64,000 bases of DNA, from the NCBI GenBank assembly GCA_964057225.1, contig OZ059898.1, positions 12,214,001-12,278,000 on the forward strand, read 5' to 3'. Of this stretch, positions 51,266 to 64,000 are shown piece after piece (the stretch's first letter is position 1; each line of letters opens with the position of its first letter). The position numbers and the translations under genes are program-made. Source of the DNA: Auanema rhodensis (Eukaryota; Animalia; Nematoda). The notes under the pieces were generated by a model that was not told the DNA's origin, ran no database searches, and was given only the letters and a program-made list of their open reading frames with translations.

Positions 51266-54200
51266 TTCCTTGATCTTACTATGTCCCTCTGTATATCGCA
51301 TTTAATTTCTCACAACATCTACATCAACAGCAGCAGCAGCAGTCGCAGCAGTAGTAGGAGAAGGAGACAGCCTCCAACTTCTCACCGTCAGCTCTTTGTC
51401 ATCATCACAATGTCTCTCTATATTTCTCTCGCTTTCTCTATCTGTCTTTCTCCCGTTCTCGTTCTTCTTTTCCTTAACAATTTGAATATCCCCATAGTTG
51501 ACTATTCGCTCGTCCCATCTCATTTCACTATTTTCCATTCTTCTTCAATCTGACTATTCATCTGCTTTCGTTCTCATTGACAAAGCAGAGATAACAAGAG
51601 AACTGTACTACATTGCTTCGAGTTTCGACAGCCTACTGAAAAATGCTCGACCCTCCTGTATAAAACCTTTCTCTCATTTTTTTAGATTTATCGTTATTAG
51701 ATTTGTTATCTTTTCAAGTGACTATTTTAGCTTTGGTATCTTAGTTCCTAATGATTTCTAGCGAGAGAGAGAGATAGAGAGAGAGAGAAACAAGGAGTTC
51801 TCCCTTTTTCTTTCAATTTCTCTCACTCATCCGTCAGATTGTAGTCTCCGGTTGATAGGTTTATGGTCCTCGATGTCTCTTTTCATTTACTTCCTGAACT
51901 TTTTCAACCCCATCTATTCCTTATCTGATATTTACCCGCCCACCTCTCTATAAACTTTAATTTTGGAAAAAAAACATTTGGGTTTTTGTCTCAATAGTTT
52001 TATAAACAGCTATCGTAACATTAGAATGAATGAAACATTATTTTTGAATAATAATACTAATGAAAATATAAATTTACCCTTTTCTGCCAAAATACTGAAT
52101 GCAACCGTGCGCAGATGTTCCGCTAAAATGAAATGATGATCTGTGGTTCACGTGAAATGACGCGCAGACGTAGCATAGTAAAGAAATTTGCATAAATCTC
52201 TATTGTAATCATTCAAATCAAGCAGTGAAACCATTAATAACTCGATGACAACTAAGTGTATACAGTCTATCATACCATATTAGTCATATTAACGATTGAA
52301 AATTATTTTCTTTTCCTTCCTATATGAGAGATTGTCAAATGCAGTGCCCTTCTTGTACCTGTAATTGCTATTCACCCATATACTTGTCACGATAATGCAC
52401 AACTTTTACGATTTTAACAGCAGCAATTTCTATTCTGTCGGCTAATTCTCTTTTACCTCATATCTAAGAGCTATAGCAGCCGTCGTTTTGATTCGCTACC
52501 GTTCCGGCTGTCCGTTGCGCAAGCACAGCGGTCGAATCTTATATCTGCTACTGCTCAACGACCCTAGTCATGGCCTTTACGGAATCAATGGCATTGGTCT
52601 AAACGGATTTTGTGGTAGAATGTGGATCTACAAGAGAGAAAGAGAGAAGGAAAGTAAGAGAGTAAGTCAGAGAGTGAAAGAGATCGATGATGATAGTCTG
52701 TACTGTATCAGAAGATTTGATGTATTCGTTTTTTTTCTTTCCACCTCTCGCTGTCAGATAAACTTTCTCTTATTCATCTGTCCAACAGTCATTTATATAT
52801 CTCTGAGTCTTTTTTCAGAGGTAATCTCATCTTTACCCTCTGACTCTGATCAGCATAGAGAATGGATTGAGTACTATTGTCATAGCCTCATCTCACTAAC
52901 TCAAACTACAAGATAAGAAGATGTTTTGAGCACAGTTGTTGTGTTCCAATTGTAAAATAGCTGTCAGACGATTCTCTTTCTATCAATCTCGTACATTAAC
53001 AGCTCATTGGAATATTTCTTAATCAAGATCTTACTACATATCTTATGCTCTTCTAATTTTTCTATATTCTCTATTGTATTCTATGTGTAAGCAACTGTGA
53101 CTTTTCCTGTATTCACTGTATTGTTTTGACTTACTTACTACCATATGGAGCATTACTCTTAACAAAACCCTCATCATCATCACCATCATCATCATTATTA
53201 TTATGTTTTCAGTAGGAAAAAAACGATATAAGATAGACTGGTCATCTGGACTGTCATCATTCAGTCTTACTGCTCTTACTCTGTTCTCTAGTTTCTTCTT
53301 ATTGTAAGTATACATAAGTATATGTGTGTTCATCTGAATACCCATGTGGACATCTTTTTCTGGCCAGATGTCCTTCTTCTCTTCATCGTTGTCAGTGCAG
53401 AAAACATTGGCATTGCAGAAGGAATGAGAGAGAATGAGAGAGAGAAATAAAGAGTTAGAAAACATAGAGACTGTTCATGATAGAGATGAGAAAAGAACTA
53501 GAAAGAGCTCCGTAATTAATCCTTCCTCTCATTCTACTATGTAATTAATGTTCCCGCTTCTAAATAAAAATCTGTAAGTCTGTATACCAGTAGATATGTG
53601 CTAATAGTTTTTCTTAAAACTACCAATTATTCAAAGAGACTACTTGTGTTGTTGTGTCTGTCACAATACATTGCTGCAATACATCGCCATCGCCCACACT
53701 CATTCACCACATTCCCATACAAAGTTCATTTTCATTATCGTTTGTGGATATTTGACTATGAAGGTTCTATCATTATCATCACTATAAAACTTTGACTCAT
53801 AGTATTAAGCACTAGAATTCAATAATCACATAATCTCACTTATTCTCTCATCATCTATTCTTAAACATTTTTAAATTATCTTATCAAAAAAATTTTTTTG
53901 TCTCCATCAAAGCAATTATTATTGTATTGAATGATGTAGTTAAGATGGTTTTTTCTCTATTTTTTTCGTCTTTTCTTTATCTTATTTGTCTATGTTTTAA
54001 TGCTTTAATAGCATCATATAACTATAATATTAGATCATATTATACTAAACTTTGTATTTTTGAAATAACTTTTTGAAAGTTTGAGATGTTTTGAGATGAA
54101 CATGATGTTCATAAAAATTATTTTGAACAAGCTGTTATCTTCTAAATGTTCATTTATGTCAATCATCATATCTTTTCATTCTTGTTCATTTACATCCCGT

Positions 54201-54947
54201 TCATCTAAAGAATTATAACAAACTAACACCCGCTGTGGTTTATATGTCTTTCGAGACTCCATGCTCTCTCTCTCTCTCTCGTTTTAATTTTTCTCTCTCT
54301 CTATCTCTTCTTCTCTTTCATTATCATTATCACTTTCATTTATCTCAATCATCACCAAATTTGATAAAATCATTTCCAGATGGTTGATATTTGAATTCTT
54401 AAGGAAAACTATATAACCCTCTCTTATGTTTCATCTTCTTCCTCCTCACATTCATTCCCTTTTTGTTCATTTGTTATAGACTATAGATAGATAAGCTTTT
54501 CTGAACGTTTTACTAGCATTTCACTTCTTCAACTTGAACCCAATGATGATGGTGACACCCTCCCACCCATTCAGGGAATTCGTCCAAGCATCTCCCGTTT
54601 ATAGCCATCAATCTCTGTTTAATTGCACAAAATGCCAGAAATGACCGAAGTCCAGCTATAGCACCCACAACCCCAACCCCCCCCCCCCCCTTTTCTCTCA
54701 TAACTCCACCCAAACTATTATTTTCTTCTCTCGGCATCAAGTCTATTCTTATGATACCTGATTAATATGGTCGTATATTTTATTTCAAATCGTAATATCT
54801 TGTTTCTTTTACAATAATTTTCCCTTTCTAACTGTTTTTCTTTAATTTTCTGCTTTTTTCTCTCAAATGTTTTATATGAATCTTGTGAATAACGTCGTCA
54901 TTTTTAAGCAAATGTTTATTTAAAATTCATTTTTTCTACAGAAAGAT

Positions 54948-57819
54948 ATGTGCTCGGATTATCACGACCTGCCAGGCACATCAACCGGAGGGCTATCTGA
55001 TCAGATTTGGTATCATGGTCTTGTCACTAGAATACATTCAGAATCCATACTCAAAGAAGATGGACAGTTCTTGGTAAGATATTAATGTTGCAAGTATTTG
55101 CTTGCATTTGATCATTCAAACTATATGACTTTTATTCCATTAAATTCAAAGATTGAGATGGTGTCATCTGGCTTAAACACAATTTTCTCAACCATTAACT
55201 CAAAATCTTATAAAAACAGCTGACATTCTTGACTTTTCAATTTAGTTTTTTATTCAATTTTAAAGATTTTATAATGAGAATCATTAAAGGTTCGAGATTC
55301 TATAAGTAATTCTGGAGATTATGTTCTTACGGTCAGATGGAAAGGAAAAGCTCTTCACTTTCAAATCAACTCCAGCATTGAAAAGGGACGAAAAATGTTT
55401 TATGTACGTTATTAAGAAAAACATATGGACTTTACTCTAATGTAAATATTTTTTTCTAGTTTGAAGAAGAGTACTTTTCTACTGTTACTCATCTAGTTAA
55501 TTTCTATTTGGCTCATAAAAGAGCTGTCACCCTAACTAGTGGATGTCAAATATCTCAACCCGTTGAACGGCAATCTGATCTTACTCCTAAATCAAAAGAA
55601 CTTGAAGCAAGTTATATGCATATATTCCGTCCAGGTATTTACCGCTTTGAAGCTCGTACACACTAACTAGTTATGCTCATGTTCTAGGAAATCTATCTAG
55701 TCAACCAAATCGCTCTCTTAGCCAGCAAGCTATCTTGAATCAAGCACTCCGCCAAAACTCTTTGCCAAGCTCTACGATGACAGAAAGAGCAGCCAGACCT
55801 TTTTCAACCATTGGAAATCAGTATGTCATTCAGTTGAATTGGCAAAAAAAACTTATTATTTTCAGTGTTTCTGTTCCACCTTTATCTTCCTCACTTAGTC
55901 GTCGTCCATTGCCTGTACCACTGAAACCAGCAATAACTAAGGAAGAGCCAGATGACGTAAGGATATTTATCAAGTAATGAAAACAAACTTGTTTATTTAG
56001 TATTGTGATATTGATTATGATGCAATGGAAGATATCCTTGATGCCTCTAATGGTCCATATGACCATAAGGCCAGTAATCTCAACTTATCAGCTTGGCCAG
56101 GTATGAATTAAGTTGCAAAAGTTGTTTGTTAAACTTCTTTGATTACAGCTGCTCATTTGTCTCGTCAGTTTCAATCATGTTTCAATCTACGATCTTCATC
56201 TCCCTTACCGTCTCAGAAAGGTTCCACGATATCATTGGCTTCTCGTCCTCCATTACCCCCTCGACCAGTTAATCTCAAAGAGGTATTATCAATAAATATC
56301 AAAATATCTTACACATATTACATATTCAGATGTGTCAATCACCTTCTTTATTAGTTCCAAACGCAACAGTTCAGGAAGATCTGAGTAGCTCAGAATTGGA
56401 ATATGATGATCCTAAATCATCCGTCAGAGCTGAAGAAGATTATAACACAGTAACTATTCGCATAGATATATTTGTATTCAAAATTCCTTTCAGCTTACTA
56501 AAAATGACAAATCTTCACGATTCAGTAATTTTTCGGATTACGATGCCTTATCAACTGACAAACCTTTTCATCAATCTCGTCAACGAGATTCTGGAGTTTA
56601 CACGTAAGTTAGAAGTACAAAAAATCCCTGGTGTTGAATTTTTCAAAGTTAAGAGCATATTGATATATTCATCTGTTTCAGCTCTCCTTCACCTCCAAAC
56701 GAAGTTGTAAACATCTATTCACAAGTTCAATGCAGTCAACTTCGTAGCTTTCTATTATCAAAAACAGCTATGGAATGTGCCGAGATCATAACTTATGAAG
56801 ATGTGAAAATTCTTAATTTATTGGAAACTTCTGAGGTTTTTCTTATGCATTCGTCAATGAGTCCTCTAATTTGCGCAATATTCAGAAGTTAGGCAATGGT
56901 GTAAGCAATGGTCTACGACAAATCTTATTGCCCACTGGATCTGCTCTAAGATCTGAACTGATTTTGAGGTAAATTAAATATTTTAGTAGAACAAAGAGTA
57001 CTTTGGGTATTCAGATCTAGACAACTTCAAATGGCTGTCATATTATCAACAATTACTGCTTGTAAAAATGATTCTCCTAGGATTTTGAGACATGTAAGCT
57101 AATTATCTTTAATTAAATATTTGATTTTTAATTATAAACTTTTAGTGGATTTCAATTCTCAGCTTTTTATTGAATACCCAGAAGAATATTTATGGATTTG
57201 CAAACATTATATCAGCTTTAGAAGCTAAATATGTATGTTTCATTAACCTATTTCTATCGAAGATTATCTTATTTTACAGTTAAAATCATTAACTTGGCTG
57301 TGGAATTCACTTGATAATGAGATTATGAGCCAATTTGAAGATTGTAAGCTACGGTATCAATCATATCGTTCAAGCTCTAGCCCCGAACTTTCAACATCCT
57401 TAATTTTAATTCCATTCCTTCAACCGATTTTACAAATTTTCGGAGGGAATGACAACTGTTCCTTAGACGGAACATCATTATGTACTGATTTAGGTAAGTT
57501 CAATATTTCTCTTGTTATCAATTAGTTCTGAACATTTTTCAGAATCTTTCTGGTTCTGGCTAGATAACGCTCGTTCTTGGATGGCTTTGTCTGATAAAAC
57601 TAGTGCTACTGCAAAAAATCGCTTTATGAATTGTAAGCATGCAGCTGAAAACCAGCTAACAAACAAACAACTTAAAAGGTTTGTTTAGAGATAGTTGAAC
57701 TGAATTCATTGAAATTAATAAATTCTAGATTATTCCTTGGAAATACAGAATTATTTGATGATGATCGTTTTCATCTCACAGTGGAATCTATACATAAAAT
57801 GGTGAATGATGTTGTATAA
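54948..57819 (+). CDS. SH2 plus RasGEF-like adaptor, BCAR3/SH2D3 (NSP) family
   Basis: WYHGLVTRIHSESILKEDGQFLVRDSISNSGDYVLTVRW..HFQIN, FEEEYF, SGCQISQPVER; Pro/Ser-rich linker; GLRQILLPTGSALRSELILR. Additional upstream exons possible. Confidence 0.85.
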
Positions 57820-58106
57820 TCTTTATAAAATTGTAAAAAGATATAGTCGCTAATAAATTTTTGAATATCCATAATAGATGTTAGACATATTCAATGTAAT
57901 ATAAGATAATATTGAAATTTATGAGAAAAATAAGAAAACAGAATGAAATATTACCCGTAAACTTGCAGAAAATCCTATTTTTTTTTCTTATAATTTTTAG
58001 TCTACTATCCTGGTTTTAATGTTATATAGCTTTTGAAGTTTGAGTTACAACAAAGAAATTTATGAAAACTTGATTATTTATCCGGTAATATCTACCTAAT
58101 AAGAAA

Positions 58107-58193
58107 GTGCCGGCAGGGCTTCAATGTGGTGTATTGGTAAATGGCGCATTTACAGTTATAGGCACTCAAGTTCGAATCCGAGCACAGCCGCAC
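58107..58193 (+). ncRNA. tRNA-like / Pol III-type structured element, not a canonical tRNA
   Basis: A-box-like TGGTGTATTGG, B-box GTTCGAATCC, terminal stem GTGC(C)GGC/GCCGCAC, internal stem GTAAATG/CATTTAC. Confidence 0.45.
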
Positions 58194-58261
58194 AAAATAT
58201 GAAATAAACATATATAATATATTGGAAATAATAATTGAATGATGAATACTTGAAAACACTT

Positions 58262-60659
58262 TTATGATTCAGATTGTTCATTATATATAATATTATTAAG
58301 ATTTTTATTATAAGAAGTAAATGATGTTCGTATAGTATTTAGTGTATCTGCATTAGCACTTTCAATAGCTGATTGTAGACAATTCTATAATAATTAAAAA
58401 TAATTATAAACATCTGTTTATATGAATATTCTTTTCAATTTTTTTTCCAATTCTAACCTCATCCAGAAAAAGTTTCATCTGTTTAAAAAGGATTTCTTTT
58501 TCTTTTATTGTCTTCTTTCCTACTGACAAATCTGATTCAAGTTCATATAATTTCAAAATTTTTTCGGTCATTCGCTGAAAATAAACAAAAGAAGTTGAAT
58601 ATATCATATCCAATATTTAACTTCAATTTCTTTTTCTAATAGCACAATCAATTTGAAAGAATTAAATATTTTCTCCGGCAGCTCTGAATCATCGGTATGT
58701 TCAAACAGTTTCTATAGAATTTAAGTTTTATTGTTTTAGAGCTTTGATAAATAATAAAACCTTGTTGAATGTGGAACAGCTTTCTATATATGGTAGGTAA
58801 TAATGTGCAGCAATTGCTATCTTTTCATTTGATTCATAATCAAACATGGCGATTGTTTTTCTGAAAAGAATCTAAGCTTTTAAATTTAAAAAGTTGTAAC
58901 TTACGCAGTTATATGACAAGCTAATGTAGTTGCATATAAATCTGTTGTATAAATAAATGTTTTCTTCAGCCATTCTCTTACTTCTTCTCCAAAAATATCA
59001 AAAATTGTATTTAATTGCAAAACAGCTCTGTGAAGACGAGCAGCTAAAAATTGAAAAAAAAATGAATTCTTGCTCTGGAAATCCTTAACCACATGTCTTG
59101 ATGTCAGCTTTAAATGATGTAACTTCCAAATCAAAAAAAGATAATTGAAGATAAAGACATTGTTTATCGTATTTCAGCTAAAAAGTTGTTGAACAACATT
59201 TGGAAAACTTGTGCTAAAGCTTTACCTGATCTGAGCAATAACTATGAATTGCATCAGCTAATAACAATGATATTGAACGATCATTTTCAGAAGAATCAAT
59301 GATAGATGGAGCATCAACACAATAATATGAGCAAATAGAGAAAATTATAAATCTTATATGATATAATAAAGATATAAATTAATTTAAATTAGAATTATAT
59401 ACCTTTCTAATTGAAGATGATTGGGAATTCTATTTTCATGTATTCCAACAAATGTCAGAAGTATAGTGATTGTCATTTCAAACGATAGCTCATCTTCAAG
59501 AATATTTTGAGCTGTACTCAAAGCATTCTGAAGAAATGGTGCACAGCATCAAGAACATTTCCTAATATCTGTATTTTACCCGAAATAATCTATTCACACC
59601 TATATGAATAACATGATATCGATCATCCCACGAATTATCCCCACCGTTCACCTAGAATTTCTTTTTTTTTTCAAAACGTGTAAAGTTCGTTGTGGTCATT
59701 TGGCTGAATTTGAAATGCCAAAAGCTTATTACATTGGGACATTTGAACATAATAAAAAAAACATTTCGATGAAAAATAAAGGATATAATGAACTTAACAG
59801 ACTTGTAATTTTGGAATAATTGCTATAAATTGATCGGATTGAGGGATTTGCTGTTGCGTTTGCCATTCTAATAATAATTCTGTCTAAAATAAAGTAAAAA
59901 AAAAAGTTTTTTTCAAGAGAATTTTAATCTTCAAAACATAAAAGGAGTTAAATTGGTTGGAATTAACCTAGATCAAGATGCATACCTCAAGTTGTGGCTT
60001 CATTTCTATTTTAACTTTCTTTTTAGCAGGTTTCTGCTTTCTATTTTTATTTTTTTCCCTGAAATGCAAAAGTTCAAGAAGAAAATAAATTTAAAATAAA
60101 AAAAAATACAACAAGGAAATTGAAAATAACCTCCTAATTGGCTTTGTCACATTTTTTATGATTGTCCTCTGTTTTGTTTGTATTGATTCCTTTTTAGCTT
60201 TTATTTTCTCTTCAAGTCCTTTATGCACTTTTATAGATGGATTAACTAATTTTATTTTTATGAAAAATATTCGAAGAAAAGAAAAAACCTGGTTTCACTT
60301 CCTCTTTCACCACTACTTCGATAATTGGCTCTTCCTTTTCGATAGGTGGTTCTGGCTAGATATATGTAATTTCACATGATTCAACATTGTTTTATTTACC
60401 AACTCAGGCTGCAGAATAATCTTTCGAATGAGAATGAACAATACAGGAAATGAGTCTGTTGATGCAGCAAATGTATTCAGAAGAGCAGTACCTTCTTGAA
60501 TCAAATTGTTGATTGGCTTATCATCGCATAGAAGTAATTGCTGAATTTTCTGCGATATCCAGGTTTCTGCAATGAAGATGTAGAAAATAGACAACGAGAT
60601 GTTGAATTGCTACCCATCTTCTCAGGCGAATCTTCTGGTGTTGATGAATCAACTGACAT
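58262..60659 (-). CDS. Multi-exon protein of unknown function with a Lys-rich (NLS-like) segment
   Basis: Open exons flanked by GT-AG sites from MSVDSSTPEDSPEKM to ..NEQSES-stop; not every junction was phase-checked; no family recognised. Confidence 0.7.
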
Positions 60660-61522
60660 TTTTGATAATTGATATAAAGCAAAGTTCATATTTAACTGTC
60701 GTTTCAGTTATCTGAAGTCAAAGAGTCGCAAACTGCAAAGCCCTTTGAAGCTTTGAAGCATAGAAAATCAATTCGGAAACAAATTGACAGCTCATGTATG
60801 AAATACACTTAACCTATACCTATGAGTCAATTTAATAATTTGAAGAATATAAGGTATTTCTAATAGTTTTTACACATTTCATTTCAAAATTTTTCAATAA
60901 TCAATAGCTTTTTCTCGTTTTTTTTCTCGTTTATCGTTTTGAATAGGTTAAAACAAACAAAATTGTGTGAGGAATAAACAAACCATGATACTTTTCTTCG
61001 AACAATTAAATTGAAAAATGACTTTGACTGTATGATTCATTTAAAGGAAAAAATTAAAATAATTAATGTTATATAAAGATTGAAAAAAAGAAAATTCATT
61101 TTATTATTTATTAAAATATAAAATATAATTAATATAATTAACTGAAAATTAAGGAATCACATAACATAGCCCATCAAAACTGATAGACGAAGATTAAAGT
61201 TGGAAAAGAAAGATATAATACTTGTAAATTACTTTTCATAAGATCTTATTTCCATTGATTTCATATAAGTTTTCGACACAAAACTAAAAGTTTTTAAACA
61301 AAGTTTGTTTTTCAGATTTGATCTGATTGGAGGGTATATAACCTCATAGAAACTTTATTTAATATATAAAAATAAAAATAAAACTTCATTACATTGTTGA
61401 GATTATTGTAAAGAAAATACAAAATAAATCAGATGTTGTATGTACAGTATAATGCCTAGTAATACACGTATTTGACGGCGATTATGTTACTTATATCAAG
61501 ATATTGATGATGAAAGTTGTTA

Positions 61523-62427
61523 TCAACGTTGTGCCAATGAGTGAAGTGCTGTTCCAACTTCAACTTGACATTCACAAGCTGCTGCTGATTCAATTGTTAT
61601 CGGTTCCCATCTGATAATGGTTAAACATATTTTTAAAATTTATTATTTATTTAAATATCCTACTTGGCATTCTGTTTTGGTCCTACTCGCTTTAATATGT
61701 TTAAAACACGAATTACTGGACGACATGCACCAAAACCTAGATTCAGAAAACATAAAAACATATAAATAACACTTTTCAATAAAGTTTTAAATTTATAAAA
61801 TAAGTTCCAACCTGCTAAACATGAATTATCGTTAACATCGCAACTAACTTCATTGATGTAGTTCGGAAAATAATCTTCTGGTAATCGACGCCATTGCCAG
61901 CATAAATTACATAAACCGCACCATTTATTGTCCTGAAAATTAAAAAAAAAAGTTTTTCTATTGGAAATTTAAGAAATATAATATTTCCTTGACTCACATT
62001 GCTTAATGCTGTTCCTTTCTTATAGTCACATCCAATTTGACTAGTTATTCCAAGTACTGAAATACTTTAAGTGAACATTGATGCATAATGAAAGAAAGGG
62101 GTGCTGCCTTTTTCTTTTCAAGTTGAAACTTTTTTAAACTTTTAAAAAGTTGAAAACTAAGTTTGAGAACAAATATGCATTATATGTTCAAAGTTATTGA
62201 AAATGGTATCGTTGAGTACATTATAGACACATATGGAGACTCTATATCTACAACTTCTAAGAGGAGCAAGAACATATTCTCGCTAATCAAACTTCAGTTC
62301 AGTTCAACTTTTTAAACTTATGCTCAATCTGAACTTACATTCATCTGTAACATTCATATCTTGTCGCTTTGCACGATCAACAGTAGTGTTTAATATGCGC
62401 AAAATCTGGAATTTGTTCTTTAAAACT

Positions 62428-62468
<41 letters not shown>

Positions 62469-63679
62469 AAACATTTTTTTAAACTTAGCGTACCTGATTT
62501 GCTTTCTTTTTAGGTTGTTTTGCCTTTTGATTATTCTTAGCAGCTCTTCGTTGTCTTGAATTTTTAAACCGATCACAACTAACAGATGGACTAGCTGAAA
62601 CAAGACAATAAAATAAATTTAGTTGAAAAACAAATAAATTAAAAAGTAATAATGAAAGATTAAAATTCAAATAATTATTTAAATTTCTTGTTTTAACTTA
62701 TTCATCACAGTTTATTTGTTTAAATTTTAGATACAAATGTTTTTTCTTCTTTTTTTTTGTTTCAAAGAAATCAAAGAAGATATTTTATTTATTTCTTTCA
62801 GATCATATAAATTTTTTGTCGGTTTAATTCGTTCTTAAAGAAAACAAAGTATAAATTAAAATTTTAAAAATACTGTAATAATAATTATTAATTAAGATTA
62901 ATACTTCTTTTTTTTGGACACGGAAACAATTTAAAGGATTAAACGTTTACAGCTTAATCTGTTAAAACCTGAATTGAGAGAAATTCCATACCTACTTGTC
63001 CCTTTAGTTGTTCTCTGGTTTTCAACAAAACATCATCCGATGAGTTCGAATTTTGCAGAAAACCGTTAACAATTGACAGTTTACATTCAAGACATTCCGG
63101 ACTATTACATGATTGTGGTTGCACTGTTCTAGCATTTGCTATTGGAGGTGCGGGTGCTGATTGAACATTGAGAATTGAAATCTGCAAGTTTTTAAAATGG
63201 ATTCATGAACTCAGTTTCTGGCAACTAGCACTACCAGAATTAATTAAGATTGAAATAAAAGAATAGAAAATAGAATAGAAGCAAATACCTTAGGAAACTT
63301 ATAATCTACCTGGTTGGTTGCAACTTCTTCAGTTGGTTCGGTTCCAAATAACGGAGTACCATCGTGCTGAACTAAATTGGGAAATGAATACATTGCTTCA
63401 TCAAGTGATGTAGCCATGTAGCGTGGATCATAGTTCATGCACTTTCTTGAATTCAGTGGAGTAACACAAGGACATCTTTCCTGGAGTTAAAGTTGAAGCT
63501 AATAACAAGACTTGAATAGATGGCACAAGCTGCCATCAGTAGAAGAAATATTGAGAATCCAGGATGAATAGCTCAGCTTATTGAGATTTCTGATTACTTA
63601 CCTGATCATCCGGCACAAATACGCCAAATACAGAAGTAATACATAGAGAAAATGATAAAATTCCAATTATGATATGCAT
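61523..63679 (-). CDS. Secreted cystine-knot precursor, Trunk/PTTH/noggin-like fold
   Basis: Signal peptide MHIIIGILSFSLCITSVFG, furin-type sites RQRR and RAKR, C-terminal LCNLCWQWRRLPEDYFPNYINEVSC..CLAGFGAC..ACECQV. Confidence 0.78.
62429..62464. repeat. (GA)18 microsatellite within an intron
   Basis: Direct inspection. Confidence 0.95.
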
Positions 63680-64000
63680 TAATCTCAACAAATTGTCGAA
63701 TATGAGTAATGAGAAAGTGGGACTGGCAAAACGGTTGCGCAAATACAATTTCAACTGGTCTGCTCTGTCTGTTATCTTTCCTCGTTTTTCTCCACCCACT
63801 TCAAACTGAATGCTATATGTCAATAGGCGACCTTTGAAGTGAAGTTGAAATAGGAAGAGAGGAGGACGACTGAAGTTGTATGTTGGCTGAACAAGCTGTC
63901 GCCAGAAATCAGTTTGCCTTTTGTTTCCTAAAACTAATTGATTAACATGCTGCTTGCTAAGATTATAACTATACTACATCATACAATAAAATGAAAACTA

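Noticed and set aside
49383-53256. Six CTGTCA/TGACAG (Meis/UNC-62-type) hexamers
   Set aside because: Only slightly above rough chance expectation for a hexamer over this region.
51200-53465. Longest ORFs in the gene-poor region (117-142 aa)
   Set aside because: Produced by CT/GA/CAT low-complexity tracts; no splice or family support.
1-64000. Prokaryotic systems, transposase/RT ORFs, telomeric arrays, DNA-elimination motifs
   Set aside because: None seen; all recognisable genes are intron-rich eukaryotic genes.

Overview
AT-rich eukaryotic genomic DNA with dense ~40-55 nt introns, TTTCAG/TTTTAG acceptors and an AG acceptor just upstream of most start codons. This points to a compact, SL trans-splicing nematode genome, most likely rhabditid (inference). 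The ORF track only catches exon fragments, so I assembled genes by hand. Left to right: TSC1/hamartin (3' end outside window), transthyretin-like gene, tRNA-Ser(AGA), DRAM/Frag1 membrane protein, two tRNA-Arg(TCG) in a 362-bp tandem duplication, an operon-like run RINT1-MBLAC1-SUV3-WRAP53-pbs-2-RNF181, a 75-aa secreted peptide precursor, NPC1/ncr-like gene, GT31 galactosyltransferase, a second run rpl-30-uridine kinase-ERV1-HRI-like kinase, an ~8 kb gene-poor stretch, BCAR3/NSP-like SH2 gene, a tRNA-like element, an unknown gene and a secreted cystine-knot gene. Main findings: (1) a symmetric double kink-turn hairpin in the long first intron of rpl-30, beside a premature stop and a cryptic donor, a candidate eL30 autoregulatory splicing switch; (2) a U2-type AT-AC intron needed to build MBLAC1; (3) a clear TSC1 gene, which C. 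elegans lacks. All structures and homologies were judged by eye, without searches.
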